A stretch of DNA of 63,096 nt, counting the filler, from Octopus bimaculoides (Eukaryota), in the NCBI RefSeq assembly GCF_001194135.2. It is 3 parts of 3 records of this genome, joined end to end, with 100 filler letters (N's around TTAATTAATTAA, not from the genome) between each part and the next. Parts side by side here need not be neighbours in the genome. Positions count along the whole stretch, not along the records: positions 1 to 30,203 come from NC_068991.1; positions 30,304 to 58,248 come from NC_068986.1; 1 more part is not named here. One strand, 5' to 3'. Positions 25,930 through 40,040 of the stretch are shown one piece after another. Both the position numbers and the translations under genes were made by a program. Within the stretch, counting starts at the first letter, position 1. Each line of letters begins with the position of its first letter. The notes beneath the pieces are model-generated. The model searched no databases. It was not told the DNA's origin and saw only the letters and a list, made by a program, of their open reading frames with translations.

Positions 25930-26891
25930 NNNNNNNNNNNNNNNNNNNNNNNNNNNNNNNNNNNNNNNNNNNNNNNNNNNNNNNNNNNNNNNNNNNNNNN
26001 NNNNNNNNNNNNNNNNNNNNNNNNNNNNNNNNNNNNNNNNNNNNNNNNNNNNNNNNNNNNNNNNNNNNNNNNNNNNNNNNNNNNNNNNNNNNNNNNNNNN
26101 NNNNNNNNNNNNNNNNNNNNNNNNNNNNNNNNNNNNNNNNNNNNNNNNNNNNNNNNNNNNNNNNNNNNNNNNNNNNNNNNNNNNNNNNNNNNNNNNNNNN
26201 NNNNNNNNNNNNNNNNNNNNNNNNNNNNNNNNNNNNNNNNNNNNNNNNNNNNNNNNNNNNNNNNNNNNNNNNNNNNNNNNNNNNNNNNNNNNNNNNNNNN
26301 NNNNNNNNNNNNNNNNNNNNNNNNNNNNNNNNNNNNNNNNNNNNNNNNNNNNNNNNNNNNNNNNNNNNNNNNNNNNNNNNNNNNNNNNNNNNNNNNNNNN
26401 NNNNNNNNNNNNNNNNNNNNNNNNNNNNNNNNNNNNNNNNNNNNNNNNNNNNNNNNNNNNNNNNNNNNNNNNNNNNNNNNNNNNNNNNNNNNNNNNNNNN
26501 NNNNNNNNNNNNNNNNNNNNNNNNNNNNNNNNNNNNNNNNNNNNNNNNNNNNNNNNNNNNNNNNNNNNNNNNNNNNNNNNNNNNNNNNNNNNNNNNNNNN
26601 NNNNNNNNNNNNNNNNNNNNNNNNNNNNNNNNNNNNNNNNNNNNNNNNNNNNNNNNNNNNNNNNNNNNNNNNNNNNNNNNNNNNNNNNNNNNNNNNNNNN
26701 NNNNNNNNNNNNNNNNNNNNNNNNNNNNNNNNNNNNNNNNNNNNNNNNNNNNNNNNNNNNNNNNNNNNNNNNNNNNNNNNNNNNNNNNNNNNNNNNNNNN
26801 NNNNNNNNNNNNNNNNNNNNNNNNNNNNNNNNNNNNNNNNNNNNNNNNNNNNNNNNNNNNNNNNNNNNNNNNNNNNNNNNNNNNNNNNNNN
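25930..26891. other. Assembly gap (N run). Other gaps are near 2880, 9531, 30204, 31155, 39139, 44936, 58249 and 59663.
   Basis: Runs of N in the sequence. Confidence 0.99.
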
Positions 26892-27477
26892 TGTGTGTGT
26901 GTGTGTGTATGTATGTGTGTGTATATGTTTGTGTGTCTGTGTTTGTCCCCCCAGCATTGCTTGACAACCGATGGTGGTGTGTTTACGTCCCCGTAACTTA
27001 GCGGTTCGGCAAAATAGACCGATAGAATAAGTACTAGGATTACAAAGAATAAGTCCTGGGGTCGATTTGCTCGACTAAAGGCGGTGCTCCAGCATGGCCG
27101 TAGTCAAATGACTACGTGTGTGTGTGTGTGTGTAACGTCCACTGTCATTGTTGAATATGTCATCTTGAAGACTGTAAACATGAACATAAAGCATTCTTCT
27201 GTTTTTGTGCATTTGCTGTCAACCTGGTTTTGATAAACCTCTGCTGACACACATAATGTCAAGAGTGTATATACTTCACCATAAGGTCGAATCAGAAGCA
27301 GTCGTCATCACACCTTTCAGCTGGATTCCTAAGTGTGATCAACACAGACAACAGATATTATTCAACCATCTCATTCTTGGTCTATCTCTAGCTCTCCTGC
27401 CAGTTGGCTTGGGTTGAAGAATTCATCTTGCAATTCTTTCCTTCAACATTCTAATCACATGTCTGTAGTGCCACAAT

Positions 27478-27812
27478 GTGGAGGCGCAATGGCCCAGACC
27501 GGGCATTGTGAGTGTTTATTGAGAGAAAACACCTAAAGCTCCATGAGGCTCCGGCAGGGGATGGTGGCGAACCCTGCTGTACTCTTTCACCGCAACTGAC
27601 TCTCATTCTTACTTCCTATTTCTGTTGTGCTTGTAATTTAAAGGGTCAGCCTTGTCACACTGTGTCACGCTGAATATCCCCGAGAACTACATTAAGGGTA
27701 CACATGTCTGTGGAGTGCTCAGCCACTTGCACGTTAATTTCACGAGCAGGCTGTTTTGTTGATCGGATCGACTGGAACCCTCGACGTCGTAAGCGACGGA
27801 GTGCCAACAAGT
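27478..27812 (+). mobile_element. SINE family D with deleted tRNA head
   Basis: gtggaggcgcaatggcccagaccgggc..: the segment between the two CCCAG motifs of the head is missing. Confidence 0.85.
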
Positions 27813-28628
27813 ACCACAATGCAGAGAAGTAGCAGCTCAAACTGGAGCCATGCATCCTGTTGTGTAACGTTACTCCAGAGATCTTTCAGAGAATCCCATT
27901 TGGGCCACTTGTATTTATGCTTTGTATAATGAACACGTTTTAGAAGCCCATCAAATACCACATATGTGTTAAAAGCTCAGTTACGCACAGCTGTTGGATT
28001 TTAAATACAGGCATGGCTGTGTGGTAAAAGGCTTGCTTCTTAACCACATGGTTCTGGGTTCAGTCCCACTGCATGGCATCTTGAGCAAGTGTCTTCTACT
28101 ATAGCTGTGGGCTGACCAGAGCCTTGTGAGTGGATTTGGTAGTCAGAAACTGAAAGAAGCCTGTCGTATGTGTATGTGTGTGTGTGTGTGTGTGTATGTA
28201 GTTTTGTATACATGTCTTTGTTTCTGTGTTTGTCCCCTACCACTCCTTGACAATTGGTGCTGGTGTGTTTACATCCCTGTAAACTTAGTGGTCCAGCTTA
28301 AGAAACTGATCAAATAAGTACTGGGGTCAATTCATTTGACTAAAAATTCTCCATGGTGGTGCCCCAGCATGACCACAGTCTAATAACTGAAATAATCTTG
28401 TATGAATATGATAAGATAATTAAATAAAAAAAATAAGTCTGAACCAACTTTTTAAAAGAAAGAATGGCAACTTTTTCCTTTTTCTATTTGTGTTACACTT
28501 GGAATTGGTAGTTGATGATGGGCAATAGAACTGGTGCCCCCTCCCCTTATTTTTTTTTGAAGTGGAAAAGCTTTTGTTTCAACTCTTATTTTACTATCGC
28601 ATCACATTTTATCTTTTCCGCTTTTCTC

Positions 28629-28698
<70 letters not shown>

Positions 28699-28943
28699 CC
28701 TCTCTCTCTCTCTCTCTCCCTCTCTCTCTCTCTGTCTGTTGCTCTCTTTCTGTGTTTCATGTTGTCACATGCTATTGGAACAGTATCTTTTACTCCCCTC
28801 CATCATCCTCATCTCTTTGCATTCTCATTTTGCTAACGCCAACATCAAGGTCACACCGAACCCTCTCCCTTCACTTCTGGTGTAGTAGATGTGTAAGGGA
28901 GGAAGTGGAAACAACAAAATCTCTGTATCTCATTTTATCACAT

Positions 28944-28976
<33 letters not shown>

Positions 28977-29032
28977 GCTATTTTATCCACATCCGCACAA
29001 ACACATTCATATATATATATATATATATATAT

Positions 29033-29089
<57 letters not shown>

Positions 29090-29155
29090 GTTTAACGTCC
29101 GCTTTCCATGCTAGCATGGGTTGGACGATTTGACTGAGGACTGGTGAAACCATAT

Positions 29156-29540
29156 GGCTGGCTGTGTGGTAAGTAGCTTGCTTACCAACCACATGGTTCC
29201 GGGTTCAGTCCCACTGCGTGGCACCTTGTGTCTTCTACTATAGCCTCAGGCCGACCATGCCTTGTGTGTGGATTTGGTAGACAGAAACTGAAAGAAGCCC
29301 GTCGTGTATATGTATATATATATATGTGTGTGCGTTTGTCCCCCCCCCCCAACATCGCTTGACAGCCAATGCTGGTGTGTTTACGTCCCCGTAACTTAGG
29401 GGTTCAGCAAAAGAGACTGATTGAATAAGTACTAGGCTTACAAAGAATAAGTCTTGGGGTCGATTTGCTTGACTAAAGGTGGTGCTCCAGCATGGCCGCA
29501 GTCAAATGACTGAAACAAGTAAAAGAGAGAGTAAAAGAGT
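29156..29540 (+). mobile_element. SINE family A, joined to a family C tail fragment (29050-29155, -)
   Basis: Family C reverse tail reads into ggctgtgtggtaagtagc at a shared tggct. Confidence 0.8.
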
Positions 29541-29702
29541 ATATATATATATATATATATGCAGAGAGAGAGAGAGAGAGAGAGAGATTTATAATAGTAT
29601 AAAATACAATTATATTTTATATGCTGGCCACTGATAACATTTTTAATGATTTTATCCTTTTTATCCTTTAATTATATTTGATTGTATGTGTGTGTGTGTA
29701 TG

Positions 29703-30060
29703 CAGTAATTCCTTGACTATCACAGGTGTTACATTCCAAAAACCCCTGCGATAGGTGAAAATTTGCGAAATAGAAACAATACTGTACTGTATATTTTTTT
29801 TTAATTATTTCTATAATTTGAATATATTTTATTATAAATGCAAAACAACACTACACACTCGCCCCCTGGGTTTTATCTTCCATACAGTATGCACAATTCT
29901 TTGTTTACTCATCTATGGTACACTACATATTTTCTTTTAATATATTTTAATTAATGTGTTATTCAGTGCAATACTGTACTGCATTTTTTATTTATAAATT
30001 TAATAATTTCTAAGCGTGAAAATACTTATATGATCACAGGAATAATTGAAATCTAAAATA
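29703..30060 (+). mobile_element. Tigger/pogo-type MITE, partial copy
   Basis: cagtaattccttgac..gcgataggtgaaaatttgcgaaatagaaacaatactgtac is homologous to the reverse complement of 54211-54748. Confidence 0.7.
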
Positions 30061-30341
30061 ATAAAAATACCTTTTGGTCACAGTTCAGCAAAAGAGACTG
30101 ATAGAATAAGTACTAAACATTAAAAATAATAAGTATTGGGGTTGATTTGTTTGACTAAAATCCTTCAAGGTGGTGCTGCAACATGGCTGCAATCAAATGA
30201 GAGNNNNNNNNNNNNNNNNNNNNNNNNNNNNNNNNNNNNNNNNNNNNTTAATTAATTAANNNNNNNNNNNNNNNNNNNNNNNNNNNNNNNNNNNNNNNNN
30301 NNNTATATATGTATGTATGTATATATATATATATACATATA

Positions 30342-31133
30342 TACGAGGGGAAGTACAAAATCATCTGCACTTGTACACTTTCGCCGTAACATCTTTATTA
30401 TTGTCACAGTGCCTTATGCGCATGCGTGCTTATAGTTGGTACTGTTTTGGTCACGTGGTCGAAGTTTGAGCTTAACAGTGTAAGCACAGCAGCTTCACTA
30501 GCATTGTGTCAGGTGCTGAAATTCATCGGAGGTTTTTGGCACAATACGGGAACAGTGTACCACTGCGTAGAAATGTGTAGGAGTGGATTGAAAAGTTTAA
30601 AAGTGGCCGGACAAGCGTGACGCACGAAGCGGGAGCCGTTGGCCCGTCAACCTCTACTACTGCTGAGGAGATTCAGTGGTCGAGAGATGATAATGGTGAT
30701 CCGGCGAGTTATCATCGATGATGTAGCTCGTTCTTTGCAGATTAGTCATGGCTCTGCCTATCAAATCATCTACGATGAGCTCGGCTTCCATATCGTCTGT
30801 GCAATTTGGATGCTAAGATAGCTTACTGCAGAGTACAAGCGCAAACGTCTTGAGGTCTGCCAACGTTTACTCGATCGCTACAACAATGAGGACGATAAAT
30901 GTTTGAGCAGAATAGTCACAGATGAAACGTGAGTCCATCATTAGGAGGCAGAATACAAAAGACAGTGTATGGAATGGAAACATTCTGGCTCGCCGGCGAC
31001 TGGACATCGAAAAGGAAGTACATCGAAAAGGAAGGAGAGTATATAGAAAAATGGCGTACTTGTTTATCCCCTGCTTTTGTGTAAATGTATTGATAAAACA
31101 AGAGTGCACATACATTTTTTACTCTCCATCGTA
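30342..31133 (+). mobile_element. Mariner element, internally deleted
   Basis: TIRs tacgaggggaagtacaaaa.. / ..ttttttactctccatcgta. Remnant FKSGRTSV..DVARSLQISHGSAYQIIYDELGFH..SRIVTDET*VHH. Confidence 0.88.
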
Positions 31134-31329
31134 TATATATATATATATATATATNNNNNNNNNNGGCCGCTTCCTGTCGGCCTTGACACAATTACTGTGT
31201 CCTTAAGTTTGTGAAGGGGAGACAAGCTCCCCCACCCAGCCTAGCCAGCATTCTGCGTTTCTGCCCGAAGGTTGCGGCCGTGCTGGAGCACCGCTTGTGT
31301 AATCAACTTTTCCATGACCATTCTTACGC

Positions 31330-31838
31330 AGTTGGGTTTTGGTAAGGGATTGAGTTCGACATTGCTGTCCTCCTTTGAGTTTCTTGCCTCGCAGGTTAAT
31401 CTGTGACTTTGAACAACAGAGGCCAAATTGTTTCTTGGAAACACCCACCATTTTTGCATGCAGATCCCTCAGATATTTTGGCAATGTATTACATAGCTGT
31501 GGGCCCTTGAATCCCAATCTGTTGCTGTCCATAATCCTCGCTCTAGAGGGGATAGTTGGGACCTGAGGACCTGCAGTGACATCCAGTTCGCAGGCTTGTG
31601 CCAAAGCCTTCAGGATCTTCCATATGTATATCACTGCATATCTCTCCCATCTTCGTCTCACGAAGTAGAGTAGTTTCTGCTTCAGTCTCTCCCAATAGCT
31701 CTTGATGTAGCACCGTTGGACTGCTTCGTGTTCCCCCATTAATTTCTCATTATGGGGTGACCAAAGTTGGGAGCAGTAGTCCAGATGGCCATGTACATAT
31801 ATCCTCCATAGAACCAGCATATTTTCTAGAGAACACAA
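31330..31838 (-). mobile_element. CR1/L2-group LINE ORF2 C-terminal fragment
   Basis: HLDYCSQLWSPH..VQR..RRRWERYAVIYIWKIL..FKGPQLCNTLPKYLRD. Confidence 0.8.
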
Positions 31839-32083
31839 ATGGCGTTTAAAGTTTATGATAGTTGTTTCGTTTGAATTTTATTGATGTGTTAACATCTTCA
31901 TGTAAAATTTTAAACAACTAAGACGTCAAAGAGGTATGATTTCATACATCAAACCGGACGAATCCAATGGCGTCGGATTAATGATACACATCTAATACAG
32001 ATCAGCACACACTCCTTGTTCTAATTTTCCCTCGCTCTTTCTGTCTCGTTTTCTCCTTCTCATTTATTCTTTCTGTCTGTCTA

Positions 32084-32177
<94 letters not shown>

Positions 32178-32181
32178 ACAT

Positions 32182-32212
<31 letters not shown>

Positions 32213-32372
32213 TTCTCTCCCTATTCTCTTGTTCTTTAAAGAGAGGAGACAGTAGAGTTTCCAACATTAAATATCAGACCTAATAAAATATTTCTAAAGT
32301 AGCATTCAATAACTTTGTTATTGCTATTTTCATATTTAATATTGTATAAACATTAGCACTGCCTCTGTTAGC

Positions 32373-32416
<44 letters not shown>

Positions 32417-33454
32417 GCACACACACGCACACATACACGCATGTACGCACTCACGCACACACATACACGCACACAAATGTACGCATACATAGCATACATG
32501 CACTCACACTCACACTACCTCACACATACATATGTATACCTAGTAGGATCTGAGTTCTTCATCATAGCTGTATTGCAATTGCTAAAACCTGTCAAAAAGT
32601 GTAAAAGATGTTCTTTCATGTTTTACACTTTGCCTCGTCTGGATTACAGCCATAATGCTGTACGACTTCTTATGTAGATTAGGTCCATCTAATTATTTTT
32701 GCTATGTGGGACTTTGTTGTAAATACTCGTCAAATAGCAAGTTTACGTGACATAGAGCGATGCAACGCAGTATACATATACACAGAAAGACACACAAAAA
32801 CAAATATATGTGCGTGTCGGTATATAGGTGTGTGTATGTATGTATGTATATGTATATATCAACACAGACAAGAAAGTAATATTTCATTTCGAACGCTGTA
32901 TAGCCGCGGAAACAGCAGAAAGATTGGGTATTTCACTCTTATAAGACGGAAGCCGTTGCCATCAGACACGGTTACACTTCGTTCAAAATACTATTTTGTT
33001 GTCTGTATAATACGAATTACATTCGACACTTCCAAATACAAAAACAAAATCTTCTTCATATAAAACATATGCGTGCTTGTGTGCGTGTGTGCGTGCGTGT
33101 GTGTGTATGTGTATCTGTGTGTGTGTGTGTGTATGTGTGTGTGTGTGTGTGTGTATCCATATGTGTATGTGTGTGTATGTATATATGTAGGTAGGTAGGT
33201 AGGTAGGTAGATATATTTTAAACTGAATCTCTTCCTGAAGATTCGATAGGCGTGGCGAAACTAATAACCGGTTGTTAGAAAGTAATATACCCTTACCTTA
33301 GAGTAAGCAGTCTGGTGAATCCAGAATGTAATATCAACTAATGAATGACAAACGAGTAGGAGTTACGTAATCACTGTCATTAGCTTACAACTGTTTCTGC
33401 TATAAGAAGCATTGCACTGAAATACGATATCTTATATATTTATTGCTGAACTAT

Positions 33455-33545
<91 letters not shown>

Positions 33546-33558
33546 ACGCGCGTGCATG

Positions 33559-34800
33559 CGAGGGGTGTTCACTAAAGATTTCCCCTAAATCACTTCCGGT
33601 TATCGCAGGAAACGGAACCTGAACAAGTATAATCATACATGTCTCTAAATGTACATTGTAAATTGCAGCTTTCCACTAGTCTTTGTCTTTTACGGCGGCT
33701 GAAGTAGACTAAGGTGTTATAATGGAGGCAGTCGAATGCAGATTAATGACGAGGCTCTTATACTTGAAAGGTCGTACACCAAAGGAGACTTCTGATGAGA
33801 TGAAAGAAGTTTAAGGTGACGATGCACCATTATACGACGTAGTCAAGCACTAGCATGACCAGTTCAAACGTGGTCGGACATCGGTGGAAACTGCTCCTAT
33901 TCCTGGATGACAACATTCCACCATTGATGACGACATCATGCATAAAGTGAAAGCCGCCGTTTTGGAGGATCACCACATGACTATTCGGCAACTAGCCCAA
34001 GAAGTGAAGATGAGTGTAGGATCCATGGAAAAAATCATTCATGACCATTTGCACATGCGAAAGCTGTTTGCACGATGGATTCTCCGGATGCTCACACCTT
34101 TTTAGAAGTAGGAATGAGTTAATTGCTCCCAGGCTCTTTTGGCAATATGCCAAGAAAACGTTGAAGACTTCTTCGGCAGACTTATTACACATGATGAAAC
34201 ATGGGTCCATTACTATGTTCCTAAGACTACAGTCCAGTCGAAGCAATGGAAGCATAATATCTCACTACCTCCAAAGAAAGCTCGTACCCAACCCTCAGCT
34301 GACAAGGTGATGCTCACAATCTTTTGAGACCAGCACAGAGTAGAAATGGTGGATCTTCTGGCAAAGGGCACTACAATTAACAGGGCACTTTATGCTTTTC
34401 TGCTGCAGAAACTGCGAGACGCTATCAAAGCAGAGGCGTGACATACTTACTAAAGGAATCTGCATCCTCCAAGACAACGCCCGAATTCACAATGCGCATG
34501 TTTCGCACACTCCTGCGGCTATGTAATCCTTCCTCATCCCCCTTATTATCTCGACCTTGCACTATCTAACTTCCACCGCTTTCCAACCAAGAAGTCTTTT
34601 TTTGTGGGGAAGCACTTTTCGGATAATGATTAACTTATTTCCGATGTTGCTTTTATTGAACTCAAAAAGCAAAATATGCCGAATATCCTCCTTTGTCACT
34701 TCCATTATAGCTTTGAAAAAAATAACTGTTAAAATCGAACTGCACTATTCAAAACTTGCACTTAAGAATAACTACAAGGTAAACTTACTACCTGCTTTTA
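33559..34800 (+). mobile_element. Mariner (DD34D-type) element, near full length, decayed
   Basis: Left end cgaggggtgttcactaaag. Transposase from ATG 33722 with stops and frameshifts (FKRGRTSVE, ITHDETWVHYYVPKT..QSKQWKH, LQDNARIH). The right TIR is not clearly seen. Confidence 0.85.
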
Positions 34801-35001
34801 TAGCAAGTTGATGCAGGTCGTTTAACCCGTCCCCTTCCGACTTTTAGTTCATGCAATTGAAAAGACCGCATTATTTATTGGATGACCCAATATATATATA
34901 AATATGTGAATAATTTTACAGATAAGATAACTGGATATACATGAAATTAGATCAACTCAAGCAGTTATAAAATTAATGTAAAAGACAATCCTAATTATAT
35001 A

Positions 35002-35932
35002 TACATGATGGATTTAAAAAGTTCCCGGTATAATTCTGTAGCGCGCCAACAGATAGCAGTATACGGTTGCGTGCGCAGTGAAAGCTAGTAGTGACCTTCG
35101 TGGGACAGTGTGTGGAGTGGCATCGCTATGTTTACTTCACAAGTTGTGAAATTTCTGTTTCTGTGATAACGTGTTTACAGTAGTCTCTGATTTTGCCATG
35201 GACAGGAATAAAGAACTAACGTGAAATTTTGCGCTAAACTTGGAAAGTTTGCTACAGAGACATTGAGCATGTTTGCTTCGACAAGCTTACGGTGACGAGG
35301 CAGTGGATCATATGCAATCTTTCGAGTGACACGGGCACTTCAAAAACAGAAGATCGTCCCTGGAAGAGGATGAGCAATCCGGATGACCTGCGGCGAACGT
35401 CATCCCCGGGTACGTGGCATTGTGCATCAAGAATTCCCACCCCCCACTCCAAGGCACGACAGTCAATCGAGAGTTCTGTGACGTTTTGAAGCGTATCAGG
35501 GAGGACATTCCGCAAAAGCCACCGGATTTGTGGAGCACAAAGAATTGGATTCTTCACGACGACAATGCACCGTCACCGAGCCCACTTCACTTGTGAGTTT
35601 CTCGCCAAAAACATGGTATCGCTTCTGTAACCACCGCATTCGCCACATTTAGCACCTACGGATTTCCATCTCTTCCCCAAGATGAAAATGCAACTGAAAG
35701 GTCACCGTTTTAAAACCGTTGGCGAAATCCAGAGCGAATCGCAGAAGGTCTTTCTCGATCTCGCTTACGGAAAACGACATCCAGACCGGATTCCAAAAGT
35801 AGCAGGTATACAGGGACTGGTATATTGCTGTGCAAGATGACTATTTCGAAGAAGATAATGTTAAAACTTAGGTAGATAAGTTATTTCTTATTAAATATAG
35901 CTAGTCCGGGAACCTTTTCATACCGCCACCTA
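35002..35932 (+). mobile_element. Mariner element, internally deleted
   Basis: Imperfect TIRs tacatgatggatttaaaaagttcccgg / ccgggaaccttttcataccgccaccta. Remnant WILHDDNAP..HLAPTDFHLFPKMK. Confidence 0.85.
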
Positions 35933-37314
35933 TATATTCTTACTGCTAACAAAAATTTCTTTTCTTATTTTTTTGGATTTATGTAGAGAAAGTTTAGGTT
36001 GATTAGACCGAAAATGAAAAAGCACGGAAACAAATATGAATTAATGGTAGTATATGATAGTGTTACTGTAACGCCTACTCTTTTGCCATTAATTCGTGTG
36101 TTCTTATGTGAGTACACGTATGTGAGTACACGTATGTGAGTATAAGTGAGTTCGTGCGTACGTTTGTGTGTGGGGTGTGTTCGTGTGTGTCTGTGTGTAC
36201 GCACATATTCTTCGCTCTCAATGTAACATAATGGCGAAATTTAATCTTGATTTACATACTGAAATACTATACTCATATGTATAGATATATTATTTATTCA
36301 ATTACTTTCATTAGGAAAGTTGCGCTCGAGAATCATAAATAATTACAATCGTGTGTGACATGTGTGGCGCCGACGGTAACTCCCATGTTTTATTGTCGTT
36401 ATTGTTGATGTCGTTGTTGTTGCAGTAGTTGTTGCTGCTGCTGCTGCTGCTGTTACTATTGTTGTTGTTGTTGTTGTCATTAAATGCAGGCACAGATAAT
36501 TCCTGAACTAATCACACAATAAATGACACTTCCACCTAAGTAACGATTCCGATCGTATATGAATTATTTTTCATTCGTCCAGTGAGTTTTCTCTATGCAG
36601 AGAATTGTCAGGATGTTTAGAACAAATCCCATCAAAGCTCAACATTGCATTTGATCATTTAGGGGTCTATATATATATATATATATATATCTTGCACTAC
36701 GCTCGATTCTTGTTCCCCATATCTGTCTCAGTTTCCCAACTCTCTTTCTCCCTCCCTCTCTGGAAGAAATTAGGTCTTTACATTTGGTGAAAAATGATTT
36801 TGGCAATTATGAAATGCTCATGGCATACTGTATGTCATGGCTTGGCCTCTATGACTCCATCAGCAGCTACCTAACCTAAGCGTCTTTAGATAGAAGAACA
36901 CGATCTGTTGGAGAATTGGTTGCCCTTGTTTCAATGTGGATTTATATATGCTCATGTATACATTAGTGCCGGTAGATTTGTGCGCATATCAAGAAGACAC
37001 ATGTAACATGAGGGATTGTAGTAATCTAATAAGAACTGATGTCACTACAGGAAAGAACGCGAAATCCGTTGACAGTAATCCAAGTGATGAGACGACATTC
37101 AATTTGCATTCAAGACTTATTCAAAATGTGGGGAAAATCAACTCTTCACCGAGTTATACCACCTCTTAAACTCATTTCATTCTTAGAAACACATTGGGTT
37201 TAGTTTCTTCAATGCTGATGACCTCTCATATTGGCTCATAAGGCCTTCAAAGGACTTAATCTACATTGATTACAAGTATAAGTTTTCTAGCAGAAGCCTG
37301 GCTGTTTTGTTCGA

Positions 37315-38619
37315 TATACAGAGTAGAGCAGAGAGAACGGAAGCTTTTGAAAAATCCACAAAATCAATAATTTTAGCTGCAAACAAATTTTATTAACATC
37401 AATGTGTTTGTATTGAACTAGCATTTGTCAAAATCATGTGTGCAAAACAACATCCATCATGTGGTGTCCATTTTTATTGATGCATTTCTGAAGGCGTTCT
37501 TGGAAGCTGGTCTCCACTCTCTCCAGCATTGCTCCGTCGATTTTAGTGACTTTCATGCGAATAGCTTCCTTCAAATCGTCCAATGTACGGGCAGTATGAT
37601 CATATACACGTGCCTTGAGGGTTCCCCACAAGAAATAATCATACATGGACAAATCAGGGTACCGAGGGGTCCAAGGAATGTCAGCAAACCTGGAAATGAG
37701 GCGATCGCCAAAGAGAGGGCAACGAACGTCCATTAGTGCTCTGTCTGTGTGAGTCGTCGCACCATCCTGCTGAGACCACACACGTCGAATAGGCATACGT
37801 TTTTGTCGTAATTCAGGCACAAAGAAGTTTTTTTTTCATCTCAAAAAGTAAGTAAGGACCAATGACGGCAGCTTTTCCAACAGCACACCAGACCGTCATT
37901 TTGGGGCTTTGCAGTGATCTTTCGTGCAGTTCTCTCGGAATTTCAAGAACCCAGTAACGACAGTTCTGCTGATTCACCATGCCATTGAAATGACAATGTG
38001 CTTCATCACTCATGAACAAAATGAGGTTGTCATTTGCCTCAAAAATTGGTTCCATCTGATGTGCAAAGTTAAGCCACTATGCATAGTTCCATGCCTTCGA
38101 CTTTTTCCCAGTGACCAATTTGTACCGGTTGAAATGCAGATTGTAATGCAAAATACGCCTTACCGAGCGATTACCGATGCCAAATTCAGTGGAATACCTA
38201 CGAGCCGAGAGATTCGGACTCCGTAACAAAGCTTGTCTGACGCATTTCACTGTTTCCGGGGTCAGTACCGTTCGTGGCGTCCCCACCAGTCTCCTATTCA
38301 TTAGTGTACCTCTTGTACGAAGTGAATTCACCTAACGTAAGATTGTGTTACGGGTGGGAACAGGCTGATTTCGGTGAATGTTAAAGTTGCGCCGAAACTC
38401 ACGCTGAACTGCTGTGACAGACTCGTTATTCTTCAAGTAACTGTTGTAGGCAAAAACACAATGCCCTATCGTCCACAACCCCATGGCTTCACCTGAAAAG
38501 AAAAAAACTGCTAAGACACTACGGACCGAATGATACCTGTCGCACATATGTCCCTCCCCCCTTGGGGCTGAGTAATAGCCATTTCAAAAACGTCCGTCCT
38601 CTCTGCCCCACCCTGTATA
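37315..38619 (-). mobile_element. Full-length decayed Tc1/mariner element of the rosa (DD41D) type
   Basis: TIRs tatacagagtagagcagagagaacggaagcttttgaaa vs the reverse complement of tttcaaaaacgtccgtcctctctgccccaccctgtata. Motifs SDEAH, QQDGA, PDLSMYDYFLWG, with 41 residues between the second and third catalytic Asp by manual count. Confidence 0.88.
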
Positions 38620-39092
38620 ATACCGAGAGATAATGCTGAATAACAAGTTGTTATACAGAGTATTTCAGTGACTACAGTTGACTACGTTTGTGAATAAGTC
38701 TTCTACATATTTACCAGCAGGTTTCAATTCAGCGCATGCAAGCGTGTTGTACTCGAATTTAATTCTTTAATACTTCTAACAATTAGATCCCCCCCCCCCA
38801 TAGCTCCCTGTCTGATACAGGATCTTCTCAAGTGTAGCGATATTGAGTTTTTAAGTGTGTCTTTACGCTTGTGTTTAAAACGCATGCATAGCTAGTAGTG
38901 GTGTTGTTTTCTTTGCCACACCTCACCTTGCGGCATCTGTATAAGTATGTGAGTGTATGTAGTGTGTGTGAGTGTAGATATGGTGCATGTATGATGTGTG
39001 TGTGTGGTATGTGATTGTGATGAATGTCCACATATGAATGTATATGTCTGTCTGTGTGCTATGTTTATGATATATGTGTGTATACTTATACA

Positions 39093-39138
<46 letters not shown>

Positions 39139-39727
39139 NNNNNNNNNNNNNNNNNNNNNNNNNNNNNNNNNNNNNNNNNNNNNNNNNNNNNNNNNNNNNN
39201 NNNNNNNNNNNNNNNNNNNNNNNNNNNNNNNNNNNNNNNNNNNNNNNNNNNNNNNNNNNNNNNNNNNNNNNNNNNNNNNNNNNNNNNNNNNNNNNNNNNN
39301 NNNNNNNNNNNNNNNNNNNNNNNNNNNNNNNNNNNNNNNNNNNNNNNNNNNNNNNNNNNNNNNNNNNNNNNNNNNNNNNNNNNNNNNNNNNNNNNNNNNN
39401 NNNNNNNNNNNNNNNNNNNNNNNNNNNNNNNNNNNNNNNNNNNNNNNNNNNNNNNNNNNNNNNNNNNNNNNNNNNNNNNNNNNNNNNNNNNNNNNNNNNN
39501 NNNNNNNNNNNNNNNNNNNNNNNNNNNNNNNNNNNNNNNNNNNNNNNNNNNNNNNNNNNNNNNNNNNNNNNNNNNNNNNNNNNNAAACATATATACAGGA
39601 GGAAATCAAGTATATGCCCCATGCTTATATATTCTAATTCAAATCTACCGCGCAAGCGAAGCCCCTCGTCGGCAGTAAATAAATGCCAACGTTAAAATTG
39701 AAAATGATCCAAAAAGTTTTCAATAAT

Positions 39728-40040
39728 TAATAATATCGAAGAGAAATACAAATATTAGAAATTTCTACTACCAGTGGCCTAGCGTGCAAAAATTTTGTCC
39801 AACTTAGATGGTAAATGTTTTTATTTTTCATTTCATTCCTTTCGAAATGTTATCCCTAATAGTGGTTTGGAACTTAGCTGTTCTTTCTAGCGTGAGGGAA
39901 TCCTATAATGTATACCTCTGATGTGTTTAAAAGTACACTGTATTTATATGAAAAATATATAGTCTTTGGACTAAATTTTTACACGCTCGGCCACTGGTAG
40001 TAGAAATTTCTTATATTTCTATTTCCCTTCGATATTATTA
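39728..40040. mobile_element. MITE with ~75-bp imperfect TIRs
   Basis: 39728-39802 vs 39966-40040, core agaaatttctactaccagtggcc.agcgtg.aaaaattt.gtccaa. Confidence 0.8.

Noticed and set aside
25842-27001. Long ORFs spanning N runs (also 38892-39695 and 59469-60124)
   Set aside because: They consist of X residues from gaps.
30248-30259. TTAATTAATTAA inside N runs (also 58293-58304)
   Set aside because: Identical 12-mers centred in gaps that give stops in all frames. This is an assembly spacer, not biology.
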